Positions 29,842 through 39,918 of a DNA stretch of 64,000 nucleotides are shown here, piece by piece. The notes beneath the pieces are model-generated. The model saw only the letters and a list, made by a program, of their open reading frames with translations, had not been told where the DNA came from and searched no databases. Position numbers and translations under genes: made by a program. Position 1 is the stretch's first letter, and each line of letters starts with the position of its first letter. This DNA is from a virus, in IMG/VR virus record IMGVR_UViG_3300045141_000107, positions 26,206-90,205 of that record; one strand, written 5' to 3'.

Positions 29842-31430
29842 TAGAATTTGGGCGGCATGCCCTTCCTTGGTGTCTCAGAAGGTGTATTCTTCGGCATACC
29901 AATTGTGTTGTCGGTACCAGCAGAGCCAGTAGTTGTCGGACCAAGTTGTGCACCAGCCCCAACAGGACCAGTAGACAATCCAGCCCCTACAGCTCCAGTT
30001 CCAGCAGCAGCGGCTCCAGCTACTGCTGTCGCAGCACCTTCCACAGCAGTAACGGCTTGATCGATAACAGTCGGCTTGGCTGCGGATACTGGCTGTTCGC
30101 TGTAGTACCTCACACCGCTACCAACCTTGAGGGGACTAGTGTAGGGATCATAATGGTTGTCCAAAACCCACTGGTTTAGAGCCAATAGGGTAGACATGTC
30201 ATTTGGTCCCTTACTGTTCACCCTACCCATTACCTGAGAAAGTGTTTCGCCAGGATGCCTATATTCGTCAGGCAAATTGGGGTCGTTGGGATCTATGTAG
30301 CCGATGTTTGGATCAACATGCTGGAGGTTTAGAGGCTCTTCCACAACCAGCGTAGTCTCAATGTGGATAAGAGAATCTCTACCGCCAGTGTGGTCAGTTG
30401 GTGGGGTAGTGGGAGTATCCGGTACCACTGGTACTTCAGCAGGGTTAGGATCAGTGTTGTCTGGAATCTCAACAGCAACACCAGAATCCGTGGTAGCACC
30501 AGGCTTGCGCGGATCCTTAGGCCACCTGTCCTTCTCAGAGTCTGGGTTAGGCGACGTGGTGACAATCGGCGCACGGTACCTTTTCATGGAGATCGTGTAG
30601 TAAATGTCGAAGATCTCACCAGCTTTGTGTCTGTAGTTGAAGTTGGTGATTACTACCTGATCATTCCATATGCCGCCACCTACCACCAGCATACAGTTCA
30701 TCTTGAATCGCATTGTCCAGATTAGTCTGGACGTTAGCGACCTGGGATCCTCAAGCTCAGTTGGTGTGATGAACATGTAGTCTGAATCGTAGTGGCTCGG
30801 GAAGAAGCTGTCCCAGCTGATAGTCTCCATTGACTGCCCGCCAGGCATGATGATCTCACCCAGACCAACTACTCTCGGTGTCCAGTATTCATGGGTGAAA
30901 TCAGCGCCAAACTCCTCTGGCATTACGGGAAACTTGATGTCTCCACCGTATGCCCCTAAGAGTGTGATATCAATGAAATTACGCTGCGCACCCTCCCCCA
31001 TTGTGGGGGAACCATCGATCTCAACGCACGGAGTCCAGTCGTGCTTGGGATTGATCTCAATAAGATTAGGTGCACTTCTTGCTGGGACAAAGATGTTGGT
31101 GCCGCTAGCTGTCCCACCACCAGGCACTCCATTGTTCAGCCAGGGTGCATAGCCTGGAGGTGGCGGATCTTTGGTACTAAGGCCCCAGACATCTGTATCA
31201 ACTCCAAGACCTGAAGTACGCATTGTACCATCAGGCCATTTGGGGCCAAACTTTGGACCTACTGTCTCAAAGGTGTCGAACTCTACGTCGCCCTGCCAGT
31301 AAGTCTTCTTCCGCATCTCCAGGCCAACAGACCCTGGATATGTAGGATCTGTGGCATTGGGGTCAAAGTAGACTTGCTCGCCTACCTGTACGGCATCAAA
31401 GCCTTCACCTGTTTCAGGGTTCATTGTCAT
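29841..31430 (-). CDS. tail tube initiator (XkdP-like, degenerate LysM)
   Basis: FPVMPEE, GLGEI, ISWDSFFP, DIYYTISMKRYR; PGETLSQV...LALN...LKVG. Confidence 0.65.
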   Translation of the reverse strand: MTMNPETGEGFDAVQVGEQVYFDPNATDPTYPGSVGLEMRKKTYWQGDVEFDTFETVGPKFGPKWPDGTMRTSGLGVDTDVWGLSTKDPPPPGYAPWLNNGVPGGGTASGTNIFVPARSAPNLIEINPKHDWTPCVEIDGSPTMGEGAQRNFIDITLLGAYGGDIKFPVMPEEFGADFTHEYWTPRVVGLGEIIMPGGQSMETISWDSFFPSHYDSDYMFITPTELEDPRSLTSRLIWTMRFKMNCMLVVGGGIWNDQVVITNFNYRHKAGEIFDIYYTISMKRYRAPIVTTSPNPDSEKDRWPKDPRKPGATTDSGVAVEIPDNTDPNPAEVPVVPDTPTTPPTDHTGGRDSLIHIETTLVVEEPLNLQHVDPNIGYIDPNDPNLPDEYRHPGETLSQVMGRVNSKGPNDMSTLLALNQWVLDNHYDPYTSPLKVGSGVRYYSEQPVSAAKPTVIDQAVTAVEGAATAVAGAAAAGTGAVGAGLSTGPVGAGAQLGPTTTGSAGTDNTIGMPKNTPSETPRKGMPPKF

Positions 31431-34400
31431 GGGGTAACCGATCCTGTTTGACCGACAACGGAACCACCAGTAGACAGTTTGGTCAACATATCTGCCATCT
31501 GGCCCAACAACGACCTGATATCAGTATTCCCGTCCATACGCTCTACGTTCATTAGGTTTTGAATGGTGATTGTTGTGCCGCCACCAGCCGCAGCTCCTGG
31601 ACCTGTGCCTGTTCCTGCCTGCCCCTGCATGGCTGCAATGTCTGCTTCTGTAACAGGTGATCCTCCAGGACCACTTCCTGTGCCGCCACCAGGAGCGCCA
31701 GTGCCGTAGACGGCTCCCATAACAGGACCCAATGCAGACATCTCTTGTGGGGTCATCCACTCCTTGCCACCCCACTTCGAGACAACCGTACCAGAGACAC
31801 CTACATTGAATCTGTTAGTAGACGGATCCCAACCACCAATCTGGAAGAAGTGACCTGGGAACTTGCCACGAGGTCCGATATTGACGACACCTGGGATACC
31901 AGCCTGAGCATTGTTCGCCAGTTTACCCCAGTCTACATCTTTACCCTGGTAGACTTCGTTCCCGACACCCAACTTTGTCAGGGCAGTACCGATAGTCTGT
32001 ACTCCCTTGGTACCACCTACACCAGCCGCAGCAGGATCACCACCTTGGATCTGGGTTACCAGAGCATATGCTTCCTTCAGTGTTGGGTTACGTCCGTATG
32101 CTCTGGCGAAGAACGCTGCCGCAGCAGGACCACAAGCAGCTTGAGCCTGCTGCGGTGTCAACTGCTGTGTGTCTAGTTGGTTTACAAAACTAGATCCTAA
32201 ACCTGTTCCGCCTGTAGCTGCCGCAGGTGACTGTGCACTCCCTGCTGCTCTTACAGGAGGGCCACCTGAAACAGTAGCACTAACGCTGCCATGAGAAAGT
32301 ATGTCTCGGATCTGCGTAAGTAGTGAAGTAGCCAGGCTATCGTCTACGCCTTGTGCAAACATCTGAGAAATGGCAGTACGTTCTGGAGCACCAGCGTCTG
32401 CAACCGTCATTGGTTCGCCAGCTTTACCTGTGCCAGGATGGGTTAGATCGAATGCAGACGTACCAATCCATCTACCAGCCGCATTACCGCCCATACCCAT
32501 AGCAGCAGCTAAGATAAAGCTCCCTAGACCACCAGTAGTGGCAGCACCGATACCAGCACCAAGGATACCTCCACCAATACTACCTACTGTTCCACCTACT
32601 GCTCCCCATTTCTCTCTTTCTGATTCGTCAGACATCAACTCAGGAATCGTCATAGCTGCCTGCAAACCAGCACCGACGAGACCAGACTTGCCGCCAACCA
32701 CCTTCATCAAACCACCTAGACCACTAGGAGAAGGTATTGGGGGTCTAACACTGGCAGCACCAGACCGCATACTTGCCCAGACCTGGAAAGCTTCCATAAC
32801 ATCCTTAGGGCTGCGCAAACCACCAAAAGGAGATGGAATACCAGACTTACCAAAGATATTCTTACTACCAAATCTCTTGAACAATGCCGCTGCTGCGACA
32901 CTAGTAACAGCAGTACCCACAGCAGGCAACGCTAGAGATCCCAAGTCTACACCAAGACCACTATCGTTATTGAACCCACCACCTGAGGTACTTTGAGTCA
33001 CTGCTGTAGTCAGAGCTGGGACTCCCAATGCAAGAGCACGACTAGCATTGTCTGGAATTTTACCCTTGGTGACATAACGGATAGCGATTGCTTCAACGAC
33101 ATCCCTGGTAATGACGCTAGTCAGCATTGCTTTCAACATATCTGGAAACGTTTGCTGGATACCAGATATGAAAGCCGCTGAAAATGCTGCGCCAGCCTCT
33201 ACCAGTACGTTGTCTTTGCCACCACGGAAGAAACTTGTGACAGCATCACCAACGAAGACACCAATATCTCTACCAACAGATTGGATTTCTGCTCTACCTG
33301 GCCCCCTGTAGTAAGCAGTAAAGGAATCCATCAGGCTGTTGGCAATAATGCGTATCTTGCCGAAGAAACTGGCGTTCTGGAAGATATTGTCGCTCAACAG
33401 GTTGTTGAACATCTCCACAATTGGATTGACACCAGCAACCAGAGGCTTCTCAATAGATTTGAACAAGGAAGTTTGCATGGCTGTCCAAGCTTGTTCCAGC
33501 TTGCCCTGTACAGCCTTGAAACTCTTGTCCATCTCTGCTACGCCCTGACCAGTAGCCCCCTGGAGTCCACCGTAGTACGCAGTCGAGGCTCTTTGCAGCA
33601 GTTCTGGAGTGATTAGCTGGAAGCCTCGGACAGCCCTCAGGTCACCAAAATACTGCTGTAGTAATTGCTGCTGACCAGTGCCACGTAGAGCCTCTTCTGG
33701 CTGTGCATTACCTAGTTTTCGCTGATTTGCTACGTACTGGTCAACCATCTTGCCATGCAGATCAAAGACGTTACGTAGCTGAGTCAGTGCCCCCATCGGG
33801 CCGTTCTTCATGATGGCAGTAGGGTCGAGGCTCAACTCCTCACCTAGACCCTGTGTCTTCCTAATACGCTCCCAGGAAGATACCAACCTCTGTTGTTCAG
33901 CCGACATTGAGCCTACGTCTTTGAAGATGTTGGCAAATGATGTAGCCGCTTGTTCAGCAGGCATAACCTGAGTCATTGCAGCAAAGGCTGCGAAGGACTC
34001 GTTCATCACCTTCATCTTGCCGTCTGCTGTATCGTACTGCTGGATCAGTGGACCCATAGCAGCAGTAACACGAGGCAAGACCTGCTCTAGTTGGTTGAAG
34101 CGGATTGTACCTACGTCTGTAATTGCAAACAGTGAGTCGGACACTTCTGCCACATGCTCGATCTCTAGACCATATGTAGCCATAGTCTGGATCAGAGTGG
34201 TCGTAGCCTCAGAAGCATCTGTGCCAGTAGCGTAAGCTAGCCGCGCAGAGCCTTCTACCAATTTGACGGCAACACTAGCATCGTACGCAGCTTGGCCCAT
34301 GTCGTTCAGGGCCTGTGTATTGACTTTGATAGCAGATACGCTAGATGCCGCAGTCGTAAACAGCTCACGCATAGACTGCGTCGAGACATTGTATTGGATA

Positions 34401-34888
34401 GACAACTTCTGGACTGCTACGTTGGTAGCTTCGAATTGCTGCTCGTTCTGTCTCAGAAGTGTGTTCGCGACACGCATCTGGTCCTGCCACTCGGCACCTA
34501 CCTTGACAAACTCCGACAATGATTCAATTGCTCTCTGTGGTAACTGCACAAGAGGCAGCAATACAGAGAACAAGACCATGGACTTTGTTAGGGACAGAAT
34601 GTTATCTGTCAGGCCACGAGTGGACTTACTATGCGTATCCAGCGCTTCCCTACCCTTGACAACGCTGTTAACCATAGAGTTGAACGCTGTACCAGTATTG
34701 CGCAGCGCAGAAGCCATACCCGTCATGGCTCTGGACGACGTAGTAGTCGCACTAGCCATGCGGTTGATGTTGTTTATGGCATTGATGGTGGCACGTTCTA
34801 CCGCCAGGTACCCCTGAGCCAAGCGGTCAAGGTTTCGCTGTCCATTGATAACAACGTCAATAGCAGCTACAACCCTACGAACTGCCAC
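31427..34888 (-). CDS. tape measure protein with C-terminal C39-like peptidase domain
   Basis: 1153 aa, helical and Ala-rich, after the chaperone genes; FVNQ...ACGPAAAA...GHF. Confidence 0.85.
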   Translation of the reverse strand: MAVRRVVAAIDVVINGQRNLDRLAQGYLAVERATINAINNINRMASATTTSSRAMTGMASALRNTGTAFNSMVNSVVKGREALDTHSKSTRGLTDNILSLTKSMVLFSVLLPLVQLPQRAIESLSEFVKVGAEWQDQMRVANTLLRQNEQQFEATNVAVQKLSIQYNVSTQSMRELFTTAASSVSAIKVNTQALNDMGQAAYDASVAVKLVEGSARLAYATGTDASEATTTLIQTMATYGLEIEHVAEVSDSLFAITDVGTIRFNQLEQVLPRVTAAMGPLIQQYDTADGKMKVMNESFAAFAAMTQVMPAEQAATSFANIFKDVGSMSAEQQRLVSSWERIRKTQGLGEELSLDPTAIMKNGPMGALTQLRNVFDLHGKMVDQYVANQRKLGNAQPEEALRGTGQQQLLQQYFGDLRAVRGFQLITPELLQRASTAYYGGLQGATGQGVAEMDKSFKAVQGKLEQAWTAMQTSLFKSIEKPLVAGVNPIVEMFNNLLSDNIFQNASFFGKIRIIANSLMDSFTAYYRGPGRAEIQSVGRDIGVFVGDAVTSFFRGGKDNVLVEAGAAFSAAFISGIQQTFPDMLKAMLTSVITRDVVEAIAIRYVTKGKIPDNASRALALGVPALTTAVTQSTSGGGFNNDSGLGVDLGSLALPAVGTAVTSVAAAALFKRFGSKNIFGKSGIPSPFGGLRSPKDVMEAFQVWASMRSGAASVRPPIPSPSGLGGLMKVVGGKSGLVGAGLQAAMTIPELMSDESEREKWGAVGGTVGSIGGGILGAGIGAATTGGLGSFILAAAMGMGGNAAGRWIGTSAFDLTHPGTGKAGEPMTVADAGAPERTAISQMFAQGVDDSLATSLLTQIRDILSHGSVSATVSGGPPVRAAGSAQSPAAATGGTGLGSSFVNQLDTQQLTPQQAQAACGPAAAAFFARAYGRNPTLKEAYALVTQIQGGDPAAAGVGGTKGVQTIGTALTKLGVGNEVYQGKDVDWGKLANNAQAGIPGVVNIGPRGKFPGHFFQIGGWDPSTNRFNVGVSGTVVSKWGGKEWMTPQEMSALGPVMGAVYGTGAPGGGTGSGPGGSPVTEADIAAMQGQAGTGTGPGAAAGGGTTITIQNLMNVERMDGNTDIRSLLGQMADMLTKLSTGGSVVGQTGSVTP

Positions 34889-35112
34889 CAGTCAATCCTT
34901 TCGCTGCACGAATCCTAGACAACATCGTTTTTATGTTCTTCGGAGAACCTGCTTCACCGCCACCCTTGAACTTAGCGCCAGTGATCATGGCAGCATAGAT
35001 GAGCGCACGCTCACCACGCGGCAGGTCGTAGATCTCATGTGGGAATCTACCCGTTTCAATGAAGATCCTAGACAGCAGGTTGGTCTCCGGGTGCGTCTCA
35101 ATCAGCGCTTTT
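34875..35112 (-). CDS. tail assembly chaperone, frameshifted C-terminal extension (gpGT-like)
   Basis: P.EIYDLPRGERALIYA motif; no good independent start; lies in the +1 frame of the upstream gene. Confidence 0.6.
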
Positions 35113-35637
35113 GGCGACCTCCACAAGGTCTTCGTGGAAACCGCTCAGTTCCAACACTGCGTTAGACACATGCAACAGAAGCCCAGGCTGGTTCTTGTAG
35201 ATCTCCAGAATCAGGCGGTCTTCCTGCGTTGTACGCATGTTGTATTTCCGCATGATCTTGGAGTCTCTGTGATTTGGTGACTTTACACCGTATGCCACCA
35301 CCAATGCCTGGAACTTTTGACCGTCCATTTGCTTCTGGAGGGTTCCAGAACCAGTGTTTTTTACAACACGGCTAGCCCGTTCGATAAGCTGGCTGTGTTC
35401 CGGGCCGGTCAGGTTCGTGATTTGCCATGGAGACTTGAAGCCGTACTGACTCATGTCCAGTTCGTCAGTAAACTTCTTGTCCGAATCATAAGCAAGTAAC
35501 TCCTCCAGAGGATCTACCGCTTCGCCCTGGTATTGCTTCTCGGCTTCCTCTGGAGTAAGCTCAATCTGCTCGTTCGGCCTTGGGGCCACCCTACGCATAG
35601 GGGTACGGACGTCTTGTGCTTGTACTGTATCGGTCAT
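35098..35637 (-). CDS. tail assembly chaperone (XkdN-like)
   Basis: between tube and tape measure genes; V.SP, PG, VLELSGF motifs. Confidence 0.75.
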   Translation of the reverse strand: MTDTVQAQDVRTPMRRVAPRPNEQIELTPEEAEKQYQGEAVDPLEELLAYDSDKKFTDELDMSQYGFKSPWQITNLTGPEHSQLIERASRVVKNTGSGTLQKQMDGQKFQALVVAYGVKSPNHRDSKIMRKYNMRTTQEDRLILEIYKNQPGLLLHVSNAVLELSGFHEDLVEVAKSAD

Positions 35638-35656
35638 GCCCGCTATTACTCCTTGG

Positions 35657-36130
35657 TTAGTTGCAGTCCTTACCTTCGGATTCCCACTCTTGCAGGTCTC
35701 CGTCGATGCAGGACAGCATGTTGTGGTTGATGAACGTGAACGGAATAGCTTCTTCTACCAGCTCATCAACCTGGAACCCGATCGGGATTTCCCAGAACTT
35801 CACGCCGAGCAGCTCAACTACCTCAGCACCAAACGCCTCTGGGTCATCCAGTTCGTAGCGAATGAGTGCTGGGATCTGGCGGCTACGGCTGTGACGCTGG
35901 TATGCACCAATCGTCCTCAGGAAGTAGCTGGTGACTTTGAAGCCTGTGATGGTACCGTCACCAGCGGTACCTGTCGCCTTGTAACCAGTCTGACGTGCAC
36001 CAGCAAGGCGCACCTCACGACGGTTGATTGTGATACGACCCTCTACGCGCTGTACCTGGGTTTGCCACACACCATCTAGGAACAGTTCACCGTAGGAGCC
36101 GTTGATTGTACGATCTGGATTAAGAGCCAT
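35657..36130 (-). CDS. tail tube protein (XkdM-like)
   Basis: INGSYGELFLDG, G.GTIT..KVTS, LDDPEAFG.E, EEAIPFTF. Confidence 0.9.
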   Translation of the reverse strand: MALNPDRTINGSYGELFLDGVWQTQVQRVEGRITINRREVRLAGARQTGYKATGTAGDGTITGFKVTSYFLRTIGAYQRHSRSRQIPALIRYELDDPEAFGAEVVELLGVKFWEIPIGFQVDELVEEAIPFTFINHNMLSCIDGDLQEWESEGKDCN

Positions 36131-36131
36131 G

Positions 36132-37619
36132 CTAGGACCCAACCTTCACAGTGACAAGGATAACGTCGATTGTGTCAACCACCGTCATCGAAATGTCAAG
36201 GTATAGGCGCTCCCCTTCTGACACACGGGTTTGCGAGAGCGCAACCGTGTAGTTGTTGCGGATGGCACGTTGCCCTGCCATCACACGCAGAAAGTCGCGC
36301 ACCACACCAACTATGGCATTCTGACCATCCGTGTCGTTGGGGACTTTCCCGATGTAGTTGGTTCTAGCAGCCAGCTCGATAGCCGCTGCAATGGCGTCAC
36401 ACGTGTTGACGATCGAAACCTTCTTGAAGCCCTGAGGCAATGGGTTACCATCAGCCGCGTAACCAGGCACGACCATACAAGTCACACCCTTTACGATGTG
36501 GTAGTTCAACCCTGCCTTACCAATGACCGTGACGCCGTTGTTGATAAGAAGGTCGATCGTGGTACCTTTGGACTTGGTCTCGAGTGAAATTACCTCCTGT
36601 ACAGGATAGTACGTCATTCCCTGGCCCAACGGCAGCGACGACCGGATGCCTGCTACCTGTGCCGCAAACGCAGCACCTCGCACGGTGATAGCATTGCCCT
36701 GGGAGTCGGTCTGCATAACGCCAGGATAGACGTACTGGACGCCTTCGTTGTTGATACCCGAAGCAGTGGCCTCAGCAGTGGTCGAGGACTCACCAAGGTC
36801 GCTTCCAAGTACCATAGCCGACCGATATCCTTCAAGTCGGATGTCCTTGAACCAGGTGAGCAACGTCGCTTCGATGCCAGACAAATTGGCGTTCTTGATA
36901 TCTACCGTGAAGACATCCCAATCGTCTGCTTCGAGACCAATGGTGGACAACAGGTCAACGTAGTCCTGCATAACTGGTGCAGAACCATTGCTGCCGCTTG
37001 TCAGATTCAGTGACACTGTAGCCGGGATGCTGTTACCTTCTGCGATCAGTGTGGCAACGACCCAGTAGTTGGCCGAATCCTGGTTTACAATCGCCACCAA
37101 GTCCTTCATGTGTCCTACAGCGCCACGACTCGTACTGCTAGTCCATACCGCTTGCAGCGTCGTGCCGACCGTTAGTAGGATGTCTGTCTTGGTGACATCG
37201 CCAGGGTTAGGGCGAGTCTGGATCGTGAAGGTATTGCCGAGAACACCTTCGTTCTTTGCCTCGAACTTGATGGCCTGCACGGGAGTACCCGCTGTATCCA
37301 CCAGATTGGCATTGGCCTTCGTGGACCCCTGCCCCATGATGCGATACATACGGAGCTCTCTTGCCCCACCGATGAAAGCCTGGCGTCCGGCATAGTAAGC
37401 ATTGTTTGTGCCAGATTCGTCGGCTGTGAAGTAATTGATCAGCTCGGCAAAGCTGTCAATCACCTGTACCTGATTTGCTGGCCCCCACTGCGCCCTGACG
37501 ATCATAGCAACTCTTCCCCGGACACCTACGGTAATCGCCGCAAGTGCATCCGAGATGAAGTTGATGTATAGACCAGGACGAGTTGGAGGTGCTGCTGGTG
37601 TCCACGGACCGCCTGGCAT
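36132..37619 (-). CDS. tail sheath protein
   Basis: RPGLYINF, WGP, K..G..GN, NYIGKVPN...G motifs; 495 aa. Confidence 0.9.
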   Translation of the reverse strand: MPGGPWTPAAPPTRPGLYINFISDALAAITVGVRGRVAMIVRAQWGPANQVQVIDSFAELINYFTADESGTNNAYYAGRQAFIGGARELRMYRIMGQGSTKANANLVDTAGTPVQAIKFEAKNEGVLGNTFTIQTRPNPGDVTKTDILLTVGTTLQAVWTSSTSRGAVGHMKDLVAIVNQDSANYWVVATLIAEGNSIPATVSLNLTSGSNGSAPVMQDYVDLLSTIGLEADDWDVFTVDIKNANLSGIEATLLTWFKDIRLEGYRSAMVLGSDLGESSTTAEATASGINNEGVQYVYPGVMQTDSQGNAITVRGAAFAAQVAGIRSSLPLGQGMTYYPVQEVISLETKSKGTTIDLLINNGVTVIGKAGLNYHIVKGVTCMVVPGYAADGNPLPQGFKKVSIVNTCDAIAAAIELAARTNYIGKVPNDTDGQNAIVGVVRDFLRVMAGQRAIRNNYTVALSQTRVSEGERLYLDISMTVVDTIDVILVTVKVGS

Positions 37620-37930
37620 TATTGTGTGGTCTCCGGGGTGAATGTAGTATCGGGTACCATCATCATTTCATTGATGGCGCTCTGTACCGCAGTGGGAAGA
37701 TACGTCTGGGACTGATCCAACTTGCCAGAAGTAAACACCGCTGCAACAACCCAGGAAGGTTGCTGATACAGTGCCTGGGCATAGAGGACGTGATCTGCGT
37801 AGCCCAGAGGTTGCGTCACCTCCGTGGTTTGTTGTTGAGTCTGCGCCGCCTGTTGTTCTGTAGGGGTTGGTGGTGTACCAGCCCCTGTGTCTTGTGGATT
37901 CTCAGGGGTTACGGGCGGTTGTTCTGTCAT
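37619..37930 (-). CDS. hypothetical protein (sheath-upstream)
   Basis: 103-aa ORF coupled to the sheath gene. Confidence 0.55.
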   Translation of the reverse strand: MTEQPPVTPENPQDTGAGTPPTPTEQQAAQTQQQTTEVTQPLGYADHVLYAQALYQQPSWVVAAVFTSGKLDQSQTYLPTAVQSAINEMMMVPDTTFTPETTQ

Positions 37931-38808
37931 GCGTCCACCACAATTGTGAATCTGCCGTCATTGTTTACAGTGGTCTCTGCCTCGATATGCTCGATTGCAG
38001 GCAGTTGTACCCGATCATGCTCCTGTTCTACAGTGGTTTGCAGGTTGATATTACCTGTAAAGACACCGTTGGTTATGTCGTCTTCCCTGCTACTGGCAGC
38101 AAATCCTGTGACACGGAGATACTGCCACATGACCCTAACTGTATCATCTGGCTCCTGGGGTGCAGCTCCAGTGCCAAGTAGATTGCTTATCACAGTCTGG
38201 GGGTAGAGATAGCCACTTCTGGGCGGCAATTCCACGGAAACTTCCCTATGTCCATTGACATATACCCTGAAATTAGTGAACAGAGGGGAACTGTAGGGCA
38301 CACGTGGTATGCGTATGCCTATTGCGTTGTCTGGAGCCACCAATGTGATGTCTTGTTCAGCACTTGCGGCGCTTTCATTGCCACATATGTCTATAGCGCT
38401 TACACGGACACCATATGTACCAGGAACCAGATTGCCACCAACGGTTGGAGCGATGTTTACGGGCGGGTACTGCCAGCTAAATCGCCATGCAGGGATCAAA
38501 TTGACGAGTCGGAAGCGCTTACCTCCTTGTTTCATGGAACGTTCGAACAGATTTAGCTTATCCATGACGTCTGCGCGGTTTGAGCCGTAATAATCGATCG
38601 TCCAATCGATAATTTGGCGAAACCTGCGAGAAGTAAGCTGCTCATCACGATGCGAAAGGTAGGTAACGCGCCAGCTAGGCCGAACAAGTATGTTAGGACG
38701 CTCTTCAAGCACTCTCTGCTTGCTGCCTACTGGATAAATAGACCAGATGGCATGCTTTACAGAGTGAAATTGCTCTTCGATGTCTATTGTTACCGTTGAC
38801 CTAGCCAC
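37927..38808 (-). CDS. tail terminator / completion protein with inserted Fn3-like domain
   Basis: gene position; GTYGVRVSAID..GNESAAS insertion. Confidence 0.55.
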   Translation of the reverse strand: MARSTVTIDIEEQFHSVKHAIWSIYPVGSKQRVLEERPNILVRPSWRVTYLSHRDEQLTSRRFRQIIDWTIDYYGSNRADVMDKLNLFERSMKQGGKRFRLVNLIPAWRFSWQYPPVNIAPTVGGNLVPGTYGVRVSAIDICGNESAASAEQDITLVAPDNAIGIRIPRVPYSSPLFTNFRVYVNGHREVSVELPPRSGYLYPQTVISNLLGTGAAPQEPDDTVRVMWQYLRVTGFAASSREDDITNGVFTGNINLQTTVEQEHDRVQLPAIEHIEAETTVNNDGRFTIVVDA

Positions 38809-39559
38809 GCCTGTTCGGGTTCCTTACCCTGCGTCTGCCAGTTTGTCCCTCAAAGGCATCATTTATGCTGCCAGTAACGATACCTTCCACCTGGGCTTCC
38901 GTCTTGGCGATGCCTTCCTCGATGTAGTGCACGCCTTCCCACTCGGCTTTGACGGGTTTAGCTCGCGGGTTGCCGTATGGGATGATCCACATGCTGCCCC
39001 CATCATTGGCCAGACCAGCATACGGCAGGAAAGTACCGACTTCAGCAGTCCAAACGGCACCTTTGACGCGTTTGATCTCGGTAATGGCACCCATGAGGAT
39101 CTCAGTTTCCTCACCAGTGTCACGACCTTCTACAGGGTTACCGCCCGCAACGTCGTTTTCTCGTGCCCATTTCTCGTGTTTGTACTGAATAGGCACCTTG
39201 TCAACGTCGTCTACCTGACCGCGCATGGATTCCGGCGTGTATCTGCCCCATGCAGCCAGAAGTCTGCCCTTTGAGAATTCAAATGGTTCGCCAGTGCTGC
39301 CACGTGGTCGCCAACCTGGAGCACGCATGTGTCTCCGCAGAGCATCTTTGGTGTTTTCTGTCAGTGCATCCGCAAGTTCAACAGCAGCATCAGCGCCAAC
39401 AACCAGCAAGCGACTACTAAGAGCCGCCATATCCTCAATCGCACCTTGGAAGTCATTGACTTTGTCCTTAGCAAGCGTTGTACCAGTCCTGCTTGGACGC
39501 CCTCTCTGGGTAAACGTCTGTCCTGAGCTAGTGTACAAAGACAAAGAGTTGGCAGGCAT
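38801..39559 (-). CDS. neck protein (HK97 gp10-like)
   Basis: GRLLAAW, EVGT..PYA...NDG, GVHYIE motifs. Confidence 0.6.
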   Translation of the reverse strand: MPANSLSLYTSSGQTFTQRGRPSRTGTTLAKDKVNDFQGAIEDMAALSSRLLVVGADAAVELADALTENTKDALRRHMRAPGWRPRGSTGEPFEFSKGRLLAAWGRYTPESMRGQVDDVDKVPIQYKHEKWARENDVAGGNPVEGRDTGEETEILMGAITEIKRVKGAVWTAEVGTFLPYAGLANDGGSMWIIPYGNPRAKPVKAEWEGVHYIEEGIAKTEAQVEGIVTGSINDAFEGQTGRRRVRNPNRRG

Positions 39560-39918
39560 CAGCGGAATCTTCCTCCTTGTACGTTTACCTCAAAGTGGTG
39601 CATGGTGAACATGTCGTCCGCTTCGTCTATACTGAGGATATCATAGCGTATACCATCTTGCATTATCCAGTTGTTCTCGTCAAAGTTGTCCGGGTAGGAC
39701 AACCTGGGATCCTGGATGAAGATGATGGCGCGCCTGATCCCTTGCTCGCCACCCGTGACCGTAGACTCAATACTACGGCGATACAGAATGCTATCAACCC
39801 TACATGGCACAGCAGGATAAAGCAAAGCTTCGCCATCTCTTGAGTCTTCCACTTCTGGGTCAAAATGCACCATGCCCCAGATGTCACACGTTCTGTCTAA
39901 CAATGCAAGAATTGGCAT
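39559..39918 (-). CDS. head closure / head-tail adaptor
   Basis: 119 aa; VPCRV, DG.RYDI, HHFEV pattern. Confidence 0.65.
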   Translation of the reverse strand: MPILALLDRTCDIWGMVHFDPEVEDSRDGEALLYPAVPCRVDSILYRRSIESTVTGGEQGIRRAIIFIQDPRLSYPDNFDENNWIMQDGIRYDILSIDEADDMFTMHHFEVNVQGGRFR

